Assembly: GCA_963932905.1 (NCBI GenBank)
Contig: CAWVRN010000010.1
Coordinates: 1 to 64,000, forward strand
DNA length: 64,000 bases
DNA from: an uncultured Bdellovibrio sp.
GTDB lineage: Bacteria; Bdellovibrionota; Bdellovibrionia; Bdellovibrionales; Bdellovibrionaceae
Reading direction: 5' to 3'
Of the stretch, positions 51,668 through 62,103 are shown piece after piece. The notes beneath the pieces are model-generated. The model was not told the DNA's origin and made no database searches. It worked only from the letters and a program-made list of their open reading frames with translations. The translations under genes were made by a program, and so were the position numbers. The first letter of the stretch is position 1; the number at the start of each line of letters is the position of its first letter.

Positions 51668-52723
51668 TTGGAATCAAAGCCGGTACAATTTGAACCGAAA
51701 GGCTTCGGCAGTGATAATCACGCCAGCGTTCATCCCGCTGTTATCCAAAGTTTAATCAACGCCAATATTGACCATGCCCACAGTTACGGTCTAGATCCCC
51801 TGACAGAACGTGTAGAAAAAAAAATCTCTGAATTATTTGAAATTAACGCCAAATCATTTTTTGTATTCAACGGAACAGCTGCAAATATCTTGGCATTAAA
51901 GGCCTGCACCCGCAGTTACCAAACGGTTTTATGTTCCGATGTAGCTCATATTCATGTCGATGAATGCGCCGGACCTGAAATTCACGGTGGCTACAAACTT
52001 ATTCCAGTCAAATCAACCAACGGCAAAGTCACAGTTGAAGCCTTGAAGAACCAATTGATTCGCCGAGGTGATCAGCACTTCTCGCAAGTTAAAACTATAT
52101 CATTAACTCAACCAACCGAACTTGGAACCGTGTATTCCGTCGACGAACTGAAAGCAATTTGCGACTGGGCCAAGTCAGAAAATTTGTACGTGCACGTAGA
52201 TGGTTCTCGCTTTGCCAATGCCTGTGTCAGTCTGAATAAAACATTCGCTCAAATGACTACCACCGTTGGGGCCGATGTCGTATCACTGGGCGGGACTAAG
52301 AATGGTTTAATGGGGGCCGAAATCGTCGTGTTCTTGAACGCCGATCTAGCAACTGATTTCAAATACATCCGCAAACAACTCGGTCAACTGCCTTCAAAAT
52401 CACGCTATTTAGCTGCTCAATTTGATGCTTATTTGCAAAATGATCTATGGAAAGAAATCGCTACAAAAAGCCTAAAATCGGCGACGGTCTTCGAACGGGG
52501 CCTACGTCAATTGACAAAACTAAAACCAGAATACCCGATTCAAAGTAACGCGGCCTTTGTTAAGTTTCCAAAAGCTTGGATTAAAGAGCTTAAAAAAGAA
52601 AGATTCTTTTATGTGTGGGACGAAGCTACTTTTGTCTGCCGAATTATGTTTTCATGGGATACGACGGAAAATGAAATTCAATCATTTCTAAACAAAATCG
52701 TACAGCTAGAGAAAGGGAGTTAG
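51668..52723 (+). CDS. ltaE: Low-specificity L-threonine aldolase
   Basis: SDNHA, FNGTAAN, TQPTELGTVY, HVDGSR and GGTKNG motifs. Confidence 0.9.
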   Translation: MESKPVQFEPKGFGSDNHASVHPAVIQSLINANIDHAHSYGLDPLTERVEKKISELFEINAKSFFVFNGTAANILALKACTRSYQTVLCSDVAHIHVDECAGPEIHGGYKLIPVKSTNGKVTVEALKNQLIRRGDQHFSQVKTISLTQPTELGTVYSVDELKAICDWAKSENLYVHVDGSRFANACVSLNKTFAQMTTTVGADVVSLGGTKNGLMGAEIVVFLNADLATDFKYIRKQLGQLPSKSRYLAAQFDAYLQNDLWKEIATKSLKSATVFERGLRQLTKLKPEYPIQSNAAFVKFPKAWIKELKKERFFYVWDEATFVCRIMFSWDTTENEIQSFLNKIVQLEKGS

Positions 52724-52726
52724 TCT

Positions 52727-53776
52727 ATGAAATATGAACCAGTTCACTATCACGATTACTTGGGACTTGATAAATTATTAAACAGTCAAAAACGACGTTC
52801 AGAAGAATTTGGAAAACCAGCACACGAAGAGTGGCTATTCATTTCCGTTCACCAAGTATATGAAGTTTGGTTTTTTCAAATATTAAAAGAAATTCAGTCT
52901 TTAGTTCCTTTGTTCAATCAACCTGTGATTCCAGAACGCGATATGGGAACTATCGATCATCGCATCAATCGTATTCTTACCATCTGCAAAAACTTAACAA
53001 GCCCATTAGATATATTAGAAACGATGACACCTCATGAGTTTCTAGATTTCCGCGATTACTTATATCCTGCCAGTGGTTTTCAAAGCGCACAGTTCCGCAT
53101 GATTGAAGTTTTATTGGGACTTAAAACAGAAAACAGACTCAAACTTACCGAAGCGCCATTTTATGATCACTTGAAAGAACCACTGCGCACGGAATTAATT
53201 GAGTTAATGAAAGGCAGCACACTGTTTGATGGCCTAGAGAATTGGTTAAGCCGGACACCATTCTTGAAAACAGCAAAGTTTGATTTTGGCGCTGAATACA
53301 AGACTGCACTGCAAAATGTTTACAAAGAAGATCTAGAGGTAATCAAAAGCAATCCTCGTTTAACGGAAGCGGACAAAGAACGCAGTTCAAAAAATATTCA
53401 AGCGTTCATGGATCAAATCGATATCGTATTCGACGAAGAAAAATACAACGCCCTGAAAGCTCAAGGTCAATTTCGTTTCAGCTTCAAAGCATTTCAGGCG
53501 GCATTGTTTATCTCGCTTTATCGAAATGAACCAATCCTGCAAGTTCCGTTTAGCATACTTAATTCATTGATGGATATCGATGAAGCTCTAACAACCTGGC
53601 GCTATCGCCATGCTTTGATGGCTCATCGAATGCTTGGACGAAAGATTGGGACCGGGGGATCTAGCGGTACTGATTATCTAAAAGATACCGCAGAAAAACA
53701 CAAGATCTACACAGATTTGTTTAATATGAGTTCGTTCCTAATTCCGCGTAGTAAGCTACCTCCCTGTATAATCTAA
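52727..53776 (+). CDS. kynA: Tryptophan 2,3-dioxygenase (long form)
   Basis: HEE.LFI.VHQ.YE.WF, PASGFQS.QFR and WRYRH...RMLG.KIGTGGSSG motifs. Confidence 0.95.
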   Translation: MKYEPVHYHDYLGLDKLLNSQKRRSEEFGKPAHEEWLFISVHQVYEVWFFQILKEIQSLVPLFNQPVIPERDMGTIDHRINRILTICKNLTSPLDILETMTPHEFLDFRDYLYPASGFQSAQFRMIEVLLGLKTENRLKLTEAPFYDHLKEPLRTELIELMKGSTLFDGLENWLSRTPFLKTAKFDFGAEYKTALQNVYKEDLEVIKSNPRLTEADKERSSKNIQAFMDQIDIVFDEEKYNALKAQGQFRFSFKAFQAALFISLYRNEPILQVPFSILNSLMDIDEALTTWRYRHALMAHRMLGRKIGTGGSSGTDYLKDTAEKHKIYTDLFNMSSFLIPRSKLPPCII

Positions 53777-53867
53777 ACAACTATTACTTTGGTCAAGTTA
53801 GTTAAAAAAACTAAGTCGTTGAGCTAACTTGACTCTATTTCTATCCGCATTTGGCCGATAGAATACC

Positions 53868-56840
53868 ATGCTTAAGCGCATTCTCATTCTGTTTTTTACA
53901 ATTGTAGTTGGTTTTGGTAGCGCCGTTTATTATCTAGGCCCTGCCTATTTAAAGCGAAAAATAAATTTATTCGCCTATGCGTCTATGCGCCTTGAAGCTA
54001 ATTACGATCAGATAAAAGTTGAATCGTTCAATCCGTTAAAAATAAATGTTTCAAATATCACTATTAAAAAAAATAAAGATTTCTATTTTTCTATCAAGAA
54101 ATTAAATTTTGATTTGAATTTAAAAGACATCTTAATGAACTGGGGTAACAAATCCATAAAATTCCAACTCTTTGCTGATGAATTCAATGCTTCTTATAAG
54201 GATGTTCCGATTCCAGGAACTGAAAAGCCAACGGAAATGCCTAAAAATGTAAGCGGTGAAGCTGCGGCTAACATGCGTGATTACCTAAAAACTAGTTACG
54301 GCATCAATGCCCTAGACCTGCTGATTAAGATTGGTAAATTTGACTACCAAATTAAAACTGGCTCTGGTGCCTATCGCTTGTATGGTAACAACACGACGCT
54401 CAAGGTTTCCAGCCTAGAAACACCAATCGAATTTACATTGAATTCGTATCTCTATAGTGATGCCAATTTAGGCCCCTTAAGTAAAACCTATGTGCCGATA
54501 AATATTCACTCTCAAGTTACGATCAAAGATGCCACTGCCAATATTTTGAAAAGTGAATTCCAAATCGCCGGTATTAGAAATACATTTGCAGGTTTGGTGA
54601 GTTTGAAAAATATGGACTTTGATACGACTTTAAAAACTCACATTCCAAAAATTGAGACACTTGATTTTTTAAAAACGTACAAAGATAAATTTCCGGTGAG
54701 TGACGCACGCGGAGCAGTGAATTTAGACATGGTCCTTCGCGGAAACATAAACAACATCTTGGCAACTCAAATAAAAGGAATATTAAATTTAACATCGGTC
54801 GAAGCATTTCTAAAATACAAAACCCCAGATGCCACCGCTCATGGCCCAGTCAACTTAACTATGTCGACGTCATTTGTACTGACTAATTTAGTTCCGTCAA
54901 TTTCAACCGCATCATGGAAATTAAAACTAGACGATTGCACGCTGGCGTATAAAGATATGTTTTTAAAAGAAGCTGGCATTACATTGTCTTCTGAAGGCAC
55001 TATATCCTATATTACGAACTTGAATATCGATCGTTTCAAACTTCAGTTCCACAGCTTGGATATTTCCGCTAAGGGTTTCGCTAGCTATGATCGTTCGTCC
55101 GACATCTCGTTTAATATTAAGCCATTTAAACTGCAAGATTTTAAAAAATTCCTGCCTAACAATAGAGATCACGATATTTCTGGTGATGTGGAAGTTGACG
55201 CCCAGATAAAAGGATTTTTAACTCAACCAAAAAATTTGTCTGCTAATATTAAAAAACTTCAAGCCAGCAATATAAAATACTTTCTTAAGTATAAAAACGA
55301 TCAAGTTTCGCTAGAAGGGCCGGTTTCGCTAAATTTATTTGGCGTTCTATCATTAGAAAGCGCGCAAGTTTTAAAAGGTTCAATTACGGGCAATAGTGAT
55401 TTAACCGGATTGGTTGTAACGCAAGATAAACAGATACGGAAAACCAATACAGATATGTTTAAAATTAACTGGTCCATTCAAGCGCAAAATGGACGCTTAA
55501 ACATTGAAAAGTTAAGCGTGAACACGTTCTTATCATCATTTGTACTGAGTGGCCGACCGCCCATGGGACTAGATGACAACTTTGATTTGAAATTAAATTT
55601 AGAAAATTTAAATTGGAAGAAAGCCAAAACCTATCTACCACCAAATGAATGGTTAAATACCGTTGCGGATATGACGAACAAAGGGACTCTTCAAATTCAA
55701 GGCAAGTTAGATCCATTTGAAATTCAGCACTCTAAATGGTCGTTAAATACTGAACTAGAAACGAATATCACAGGCTTGGCTATGCCATTCAATTTCCACT
55801 TATCAAACACCCCGGCACCAGGTAATTCAGCACCCGAGGCTCCACTGACTACCGCGCCCGCATTTATTAAAAATAAAACTCTTTTAAAAACAGTTCGTTG
55901 GAATCACAAAGTAAATATCCAGAAAGTCACATTCAAAGATTCTACTGCCCAGTTTCAAAATATCTCTTTAAACGCCAACTTAAATGATAGCAAACTAACT
56001 ATGGCAGGAGAGATCGGTCACATCTTCAATGGTAAAATGGCATTCTCTGATGTGATAGTTCCGCTGGTTGAACCGGATCCAAAAATTAACTTTAAAATGA
56101 CGTCCTCGAACCTTTCCTTTTCGCCTTTAGTGGAATTCGTTCTACCCCAGTATAAAGAATTAATCACAGGCGTAAGCAGTTTTAACGTGGACGGGAAAAC
56201 TAAAATACCAGGAACGCTTAATTTTAAAAAAGACCTTGTGGCAAAAGGAAATTTCGTTATCCCCGTCTCTGAACTTCAGACTTTGAAAATCATCAACGAA
56301 GTTAAACAGCAATTCTCGGCCATCAAAGATTTTGGCGTACCATCGATGGTTCCAGTTAAAAATTTAGGTGCTGCGACTAAGTCCGAATTTGAAATCAAGA
56401 ATTTGGCATTACAATTAAACAAATTCAACGCCACTATCCCTGGCGGTGACGAACTAAATTTAGATGGCCTAGTTAAGTTTGATTTAGACAGTAAAATAAA
56501 TGCCGTTTTAAAACTAGTTAATCTGCCCGTTCATGGTGACTTCATGTTAGCCAATAAAAGCCAATCTGGTGGTCTTGAAATTCCAATAACGATCGAAGGC
56601 AACCTAATGAAGCCAAAGTGGAGCTTTGCAGGAAACACGATCCAGAAAATGACACAAAACTTTATCGAGTATCAAAAAAATAAAGTAAGACAACAGGTCG
56701 ACAGGAAAGTCGCCGAGGTCAAAGACCAAGCACAAGCCGAAGTGGAAAAGAAAAAGAAAGAAGCTGAACTGGAAATCGAAAAAAAGAAAAAAGAACTAGA
56801 AAATGAAGCCATGAAAAAGCTGAATGGTCTATTCAAATAA
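53868..56840 (+). CDS. AsmA-like (beta-groove lipid-bridge family) protein
   Basis: N-terminal TM anchor, long beta-rich body, IPITIEGNL.KP motif and charged C-terminal helix. Confidence 0.7.
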   Translation: MLKRILILFFTIVVGFGSAVYYLGPAYLKRKINLFAYASMRLEANYDQIKVESFNPLKINVSNITIKKNKDFYFSIKKLNFDLNLKDILMNWGNKSIKFQLFADEFNASYKDVPIPGTEKPTEMPKNVSGEAAANMRDYLKTSYGINALDLLIKIGKFDYQIKTGSGAYRLYGNNTTLKVSSLETPIEFTLNSYLYSDANLGPLSKTYVPINIHSQVTIKDATANILKSEFQIAGIRNTFAGLVSLKNMDFDTTLKTHIPKIETLDFLKTYKDKFPVSDARGAVNLDMVLRGNINNILATQIKGILNLTSVEAFLKYKTPDATAHGPVNLTMSTSFVLTNLVPSISTASWKLKLDDCTLAYKDMFLKEAGITLSSEGTISYITNLNIDRFKLQFHSLDISAKGFASYDRSSDISFNIKPFKLQDFKKFLPNNRDHDISGDVEVDAQIKGFLTQPKNLSANIKKLQASNIKYFLKYKNDQVSLEGPVSLNLFGVLSLESAQVLKGSITGNSDLTGLVVTQDKQIRKTNTDMFKINWSIQAQNGRLNIEKLSVNTFLSSFVLSGRPPMGLDDNFDLKLNLENLNWKKAKTYLPPNEWLNTVADMTNKGTLQIQGKLDPFEIQHSKWSLNTELETNITGLAMPFNFHLSNTPAPGNSAPEAPLTTAPAFIKNKTLLKTVRWNHKVNIQKVTFKDSTAQFQNISLNANLNDSKLTMAGEIGHIFNGKMAFSDVIVPLVEPDPKINFKMTSSNLSFSPLVEFVLPQYKELITGVSSFNVDGKTKIPGTLNFKKDLVAKGNFVIPVSELQTLKIINEVKQQFSAIKDFGVPSMVPVKNLGAATKSEFEIKNLALQLNKFNATIPGGDELNLDGLVKFDLDSKINAVLKLVNLPVHGDFMLANKSQSGGLEIPITIEGNLMKPKWSFAGNTIQKMTQNFIEYQKNKVRQQVDRKVAEVKDQAQAEVEKKKKEAELEIEKKKKELENEAMKKLNGLFK

Positions 56841-56852
56841 GGCTACTTCATT

Positions 56853-57224
56853 CTACTTTGTTAAAGAATTTTTCAATTTAGTATCTTGCATCCGCATGTA
56901 TTTTTCACCCCACTGAGCCATTTGTTCAAGAATATCTACCAAGGATTGCCCTTGCTTAGACAGTTGATATTCGACACGAGGTGGAATTTCTGGATAAGCT
57001 TTACGAGTAATCAATTGATCTTCTTCGAGTTCGCGCAATTGCATCGTCAATACTCGTTCTGTTACGCCTACAACAAGACGTTTCAGTTCTCCAAAACGTT
57101 TTTTCTCTTTTAACAAATGAAAAAGAATTGTTGGCTTCCACTTTCCACCAATCAATGCGACTGTCACATCAACAGAGCATTGGTATTTTCCTTGTTTTGC
57201 CTTTTTAGCCAAGCTTATCTCCAT
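56853..57224 (-). CDS. HxlR-family transcriptional regulator
   Basis: CSV, IGGKWK, RFGEL, LRELE and PPRVEY motifs. Confidence 0.93.
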   Translation of the reverse strand: MEISLAKKAKQGKYQCSVDVTVALIGGKWKPTILFHLLKEKKRFGELKRLVVGVTERVLTMQLRELEEDQLITRKAYPEIPPRVEYQLSKQGQSLVDILEQMAQWGEKYMRMQDTKLKNSLTK

Positions 57225-57387
57225 TTCGAAGCGGAATTAAATTAAACAATGCAACACGAATATTCTATCGCCAAAAGTTCCACCAAAGCAATTTATTCCA
57301 TTACTATCCTTTTTAATACCACCGGTTAAATTTGTGCGTACTTTTTTTATACCAACCTAGAGGTATTCTAATTTTCAAGGAGATATT

Positions 57388-57861
57388 ATGAATCAAAATC
57401 AAATGTACACAGCAACCCCAGCTATTTTGCGAAGCAGTTTTATGGCTCTAATGATTATGTTAGTTAACTGTTCTGCCTTGGCGAAGACGAATACAATGAA
57501 ACCAGAGGAAATCAATGCTCGCTTTGCTCAAGCCTTTAACTCCGGAAAAATGGAAAACATTTTGGCTCTTTACGAAAAAAATGCCGTAGTTCATTCTTCT
57601 GCTACTCAAGCGGATCAAGGACATCAAAAAATTGCGGCCGGACTAAAACCTCTTCTGGCTTTAGGAGGACAAATGCAAGCCACGAATGTTTTTGTATCGC
57701 AATCAGGCGGCATAGCTCTTTTACGAGCGGACTGGAAATTAACCGGTGCGAAAAAAGAAGATGGTTCACCGTTAGAGCTTGGTGGAACAAGTATTGAGGT
57801 CGTGCGCCAACAACCAAACGGCACGTGGCTGTATGTGATCGACCAACCTTTTGGAAAATAG
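57388..57861 (+). CDS. SnoaL/NTF2-like (YybH/DUF4440) protein with signal peptide
   Basis: F..AFNSG, LYE..A and EVVRQQPNGTWLYVID motifs. AAGGAG RBS. Confidence 0.8.
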   Translation: MNQNQMYTATPAILRSSFMALMIMLVNCSALAKTNTMKPEEINARFAQAFNSGKMENILALYEKNAVVHSSATQADQGHQKIAAGLKPLLALGGQMQATNVFVSQSGGIALLRADWKLTGAKKEDGSPLELGGTSIEVVRQQPNGTWLYVIDQPFGK

Positions 57862-57868
57862 TTTTCTT

Positions 57869-57894
57869 AGCGCCTCGATAATATTCGAGGCGCT
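57869..57894. terminator. Hairpin between convergent genes
   Basis: AGCGCCTCGA-TAATAT-TCGAGGCGCT. Confidence 0.6.
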
Positions 57895-57974
57895 TGTCTA
57901 GACAACCTAAATAAAATCTTTAGGTTGTTAAACTCATCTAGACAGAGCTGTGTCGACCAAAATCAAATCTAAGT

Positions 57975-58868
57975 CTATTCAAATAAGGCGATCAATTCAA
58001 AATCAAACTTAGGTTTAACGTTGTCGGGCCATAAACTGAGAACGTAACCGCCGCCCCCACTACCCGTTGGCTTAACAGCCAAAGCGCCATGCTCTTTTAG
58101 AAAATTAATATGCTTATCAACGGCACCTTCAGTTAAACCCCATTCTTTAAAGCACTCGTAGCCTTGATTTAAAATCGGAGCTAACTCAGAGGAATCTTTA
58201 ATCGTGTTAGGGTTTGAAAATAATTTGATCGCATCCAAGGTTACCTGAATCATTTTATCATCCACACGTTTTCCTTTTTCGGGATCTGCTTTGATGAGTT
58301 CATTCACTTTAGTAACACAATCTTTAGTAATACCTTTTTGTCCCGTATGACTTAGGTACAAATTAAATGTGTTCCTAACTGATAGAGTTTCGATAATATT
58401 CGGACGTTTAAAAATCAAAGGTTTAGCATGTAAAACAACAGCAATATCCACACCGCTACTTTCACCATGAAAGATATTTTCAAGCTGTCTTGCAAATTCA
58501 TAGATGTCGCTTTCCGCAACTAATCCCAAATAATGCAACCAGCGACTAAAAGCAACGCATAGGCTAGAACTTGTACCTATACCCGAACCCAACGGCAATT
58601 CGTTCCTAAATACAACTGTGCCGGTAAGTTTATTATTTTTTCGATTTAGTAGTTCAAGTGCTTTAGCAAGAACTCCAGGAAAAAGTTCTACAATGTCTGA
58701 TGCATTTTCACCGGATGCGGTGACCGACAAAGGCGCTGACGAGGCCGTATATTCTAATTCTAATTTTTTAGTAAACAAGGGGAATACCAAAGCCGGCCCC
58801 CCACGTAGAACTGTATGTTCACCTGAAAAAATGGATTTTCCAAATGTCGTCGTTTTAAAACTAGACAC
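57975..58868 (-). CDS. mvk: Mevalonate kinase
   Basis: GKSIFSGEH, PLGSGIGTSS, ENIFHG.SSGVD and TGSGGGG motifs. Confidence 0.85.
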   Translation of the reverse strand: MSSFKTTTFGKSIFSGEHTVLRGGPALVFPLFTKKLELEYTASSAPLSVTASGENASDIVELFPGVLAKALELLNRKNNKLTGTVVFRNELPLGSGIGTSSSLCVAFSRWLHYLGLVAESDIYEFARQLENIFHGESSGVDIAVVLHAKPLIFKRPNIIETLSVRNTFNLYLSHTGQKGITKDCVTKVNELIKADPEKGKRVDDKMIQVTLDAIKLFSNPNTIKDSSELAPILNQGYECFKEWGLTEGAVDKHINFLKEHGALAVKPTGSGGGGYVLSLWPDNVKPKFDFELIALFE

Positions 58869-59841
58869 GCACAGCTCCGGCGAAGTCCCACGAATTTATA
58901 AACTGACCCTTGGGAAATGCAGTCGCCAATCGTTCCAGATCGTTTCTATTTTCAGGCAAGGTCATCAAATGAATGTTATTACCCGCATCCATCGTAATTA
59001 ACATTTTGTTTTTCAACTCAGTATTAATCGCCAGTAGTCGTTTTAACGTCAACATTGTGTCTTCGTTACGATAGCTAAAACTAGGAATGCTGGTTTCAAA
59101 TAACTGATGCATTTCTTCGAATTCATCGATCGCAAGATCACAAAATGCGGTCCAATCCTGACGTGAATTGGCCAGTTGAATTTTCTCTAGGCGTTCCTTT
59201 ACACTCACCAAACGTTTAGGGAACAAAGGACTTGTCGTCACACGCACATGGGCATCAGAAGAAGACACATCTTTTTTCCCCGAATCAAGCAACATCACTG
59301 TGTGATTTAGATTTGAAAACTTACCAGCCCAAGCTTGGGCGCCATCTGTTTCCCAAATAGCCCACGGTGAAAAGAAACTACGGCATGAAGAGCCCGAGCC
59401 CAAACGTGATATCTTAGACAGGGTTTCAAGATGTGTGTTACCGCCCGGCTTAATTTTCTCTAGTTCCGTTGCCGCCGCCATCGTCAGCGCTGCAAAACTA
59501 GAACTCGAACTAGCGATCCCACAATCTGAAGGAAAGTTATTTGCAGATTTAACTAAAAAACTTTGTGATACACCCCATATGTCTTTGATACGCGCCAAAT
59601 GATTTAAAAATTTAGTTTTTCCTTTTTCACTTAGCTCAATTGATAGCAAGCCTTCACCGACTAACGGTTGCCATTGATCACGTACACCTGAAACAGGTTC
59701 TAACGTAACAAACGATCGTAGATGTTCTAACGTATAAGATATAGACGCGTTCGTTGGTAAGTTCTGCTGAGCGCTGATCTTACCCATGTATTTGATAATA
59801 GCAATATTCGAAGGCGCTGAATAAACGTGTGGTTTTAACAT
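58861..59841 (-). CDS. mvaD: Diphosphomevalonate decarboxylase
   Basis: SNIAIIKYMGK, NNFP..GIASSSS, RLGSGSSCRS and TMDAG.N motifs. Confidence 0.92.
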   Translation of the reverse strand: MLKPHVYSAPSNIAIIKYMGKISAQQNLPTNASISYTLEHLRSFVTLEPVSGVRDQWQPLVGEGLLSIELSEKGKTKFLNHLARIKDIWGVSQSFLVKSANNFPSDCGIASSSSSFAALTMAAATELEKIKPGGNTHLETLSKISRLGSGSSCRSFFSPWAIWETDGAQAWAGKFSNLNHTVMLLDSGKKDVSSSDAHVRVTTSPLFPKRLVSVKERLEKIQLANSRQDWTAFCDLAIDEFEEMHQLFETSIPSFSYRNEDTMLTLKRLLAINTELKNKMLITMDAGNNIHLMTLPENRNDLERLATAFPKGQFINSWDFAGAVRV

Positions 59842-60770
59842 AACTGCACTCTGACTTCCTGTTCCCAAAGATCTTGACGATCGTAGGCTTCATTTAGGCC
59901 AAGCTCATTCAAAATCGACTTAACTCGTTCCCCGTGTCCCTGCTTAAACGCCAAAAATAAAATATCGGCACCCAAAGCGCCGCAACCTTTAGCAAATACG
60001 ATCTCTGAAAACCGATTTAATTTACTGAGTAATTCTTGAGTGTGAGGATGAACCAAGTCCAATGATTTTAAGCTATCATTCCAACCGTTCAATCCCTCTA
60101 TAAATCCATCGCTGTCTTTAGCATGCAAAGACACCATCATTTTGTCTGATAACTGCGACAAGCCTTTTAAAGAATCAGTATTTAGCTTTCCCAAATGTAC
60201 ATGAGTCGCAACCTTGAACCCCGTCGGTACAATATAGAATTCAAGCTCCGAGAACGGCCAAACCATACGTTGGTGATTAAACTGAACATCACCGTTCGTT
60301 GTGATTCGTTTAACTGTGCAGACAGCACCAATCAGCTGTGCCCACAAATCATAACCACTTGGCAATTGTGCCGGCAGCAAATCAGGATTTAATTGTCTAT
60401 TCACGTCCTGATAGTCTTGCCAGATCGATTTATAAAATGAACTTTGAGAAAAAGTTGTATCAGCAGCCTCAGTTTGGCGTTTAAAAAAAGACAAACCAAT
60501 AAACTGAGCCGTGCTGGCACCGAATCCACCGCGCCCATCATAGTGATCTTTAAAGGTTACTTTCCAAGACGAATAGAAGTCTTTGTTGTTTTGATAATAC
60601 ATTCCCGCTGGCGATTCAGGATGGAACGGACAAATTTGTTTTTCTGTCGAAGCTTCAAATTCCATATCAAAACCGGGCTTAGTCGTGATCAAGAATGCAG
60701 AACCGCCAACAAGAGCGGCGTACTCTCCGAAACAAAATGTTTTTCCTGGAATTTGAAGGTGGTATTTCAA
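59835..60770 (-). CDS. GHMP kinase, probable phosphomevalonate kinase
   Basis: PGKTF.FGEY, GFGAS, SGYD and KGCGALGAD motifs. Operon context. Confidence 0.7.
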   Translation of the reverse strand: MKYHLQIPGKTFCFGEYAALVGGSAFLITTKPGFDMEFEASTEKQICPFHPESPAGMYYQNNKDFYSSWKVTFKDHYDGRGGFGASTAQFIGLSFFKRQTEAADTTFSQSSFYKSIWQDYQDVNRQLNPDLLPAQLPSGYDLWAQLIGAVCTVKRITTNGDVQFNHQRMVWPFSELEFYIVPTGFKVATHVHLGKLNTDSLKGLSQLSDKMMVSLHAKDSDGFIEGLNGWNDSLKSLDLVHPHTQELLSKLNRFSEIVFAKGCGALGADILFLAFKQGHGERVKSILNELGLNEAYDRQDLWEQEVRVQLC

Positions 60771-60786
60771 ATCATCCTACTAACAG

Positions 60787-62103
60787 CTACTGCGGCGATG
60801 ACGTGCGCATCTCTCGGAGCGCTTCGACAGCGTTGGACATAGTTATACGTTTTTTAGAGACCAAAATTTCTTCTAGTTTCTTTTGCAAAATAGGAATTTC
60901 TAAATCCGTAGCACCCGCGCCCAACGACAAATTTTTTATATGAAGTTTCATATGTCCTTCAATAATACCAACTGTAGTTAGAGCTCTTAGCGCACCAAGA
61001 TTTTGAGTTAGACCAACTGCACCGCAAATACGACTTAGATCATTTGAAGTTTCAACATCTAAAATCCTTAACGCTAGTTTAGAAGTCGGATGTAATCGAG
61101 TCACACCGCCAACAGTGCCCAATATAATAGGGGCCTTTAATTCCCCGCTTAGAACACCTTGGCTGTATCTCCATTTTGAAAGGGATGTGTAGTGACCAAA
61201 ACGTGCTGTATAGGCATGCATACCCGCTTCAACAGCGCGCCAATCATTGCCGGTCGCGATCACGATTGGGTCAACACCATTTAGGATACCTTTGTTATTG
61301 GTCGCTGCACGGTAAGGATCAAGCTCTGCAAACAAGCTGGCTTCTTCGATTTTTTCACCCAGTTCTTGATCGACTTTGATGTTAATATTTACCTGAGTTA
61401 ATTTAGAATCCACCAAATTTGAAAGAATACACATAGTGACTTTCTCACCCGTCGTTTCTTCAATTGGTTTCTTTAAGTATTCACAAACTTGATTAATTAA
61501 ATTTGCACCCATAGCTTCACAAGGGTCCATGTACACATGAATGATACCCATGAATAAACCATCCGGACGTGCTAATTTCCTAACTTGGATATCCCGTACA
61601 CCGCCACCACGAGATACCAGCGATGCCACCGCATCACGATTGGCAGAAGAAATAAATTTTTCTTTATTTTTCACAATAGTCGCTTCAAAACGCGCAAAAT
61701 CTTTTACTTTAGCTAACTGAATTTGTCCGATGATTTCAGAACCAGTCACTTTGGTTTTAATCTCGCCATTTTCTTTGACCCATTTAGCCGACTTGCTAGC
61801 CGCTGCGATGATAGAAGTTTCTTCAACAGCCATTGGAATCAAACGATCGACGCCATCAATACGGAAATGGGTAGCTACGCCCAGAGGCAATTGGAAATAA
61901 CCAATCGCATTTTCAATGAAGTTTTCACCTAGCGAAATATCTTTGATTCCGCCCGTAGAAAGAAATGTGATGTCTTCATCTTGAACGAAACCCATTTCGC
62001 GCAAACGAAACAGACGTTCTTGATAATCTAACTTAGAAAATCCACCGAACAGTTTATCTAAGTTAACCCCAGAGCTTTGATTTTTATCTAACTCATTTGA
62101 CAT
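60787..62103 (-). CDS. mvaA: HMG-CoA reductase, class II
   Basis: ENAIG, PMAVEE.SIIAA, AMGAN, ATNNKGI.NG, GNDWRA and GHMKLH motifs. Confidence 0.95.
   Translation of the reverse strand: MSNELDKNQSSGVNLDKLFGGFSKLDYQERLFRLREMGFVQDEDITFLSTGGIKDISLGENFIENAIGYFQLPLGVATHFRIDGVDRLIPMAVEETSIIAAASKSAKWVKENGEIKTKVTGSEIIGQIQLAKVKDFARFEATIVKNKEKFISSANRDAVASLVSRGGGVRDIQVRKLARPDGLFMGIIHVYMDPCEAMGANLINQVCEYLKKPIEETTGEKVTMCILSNLVDSKLTQVNINIKVDQELGEKIEEASLFAELDPYRAATNNKGILNGVDPIVIATGNDWRAVEAGMHAYTARFGHYTSLSKWRYSQGVLSGELKAPIILGTVGGVTRLHPTSKLALRILDVETSNDLSRICGAVGLTQNLGALRALTTVGIIEGHMKLHIKNLSLGAGATDLEIPILQKKLEEILVSKKRITMSNAVEALREMRTSSPQ

Noticed and set aside
53792..53833. GTCAAGTTAG...CTAACTTGAC inverted repeat as ends of a mobile element
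   Set aside because: Only 42 bp long with no target duplication or second copy. More simply a 3' hairpin or operator after kynA.
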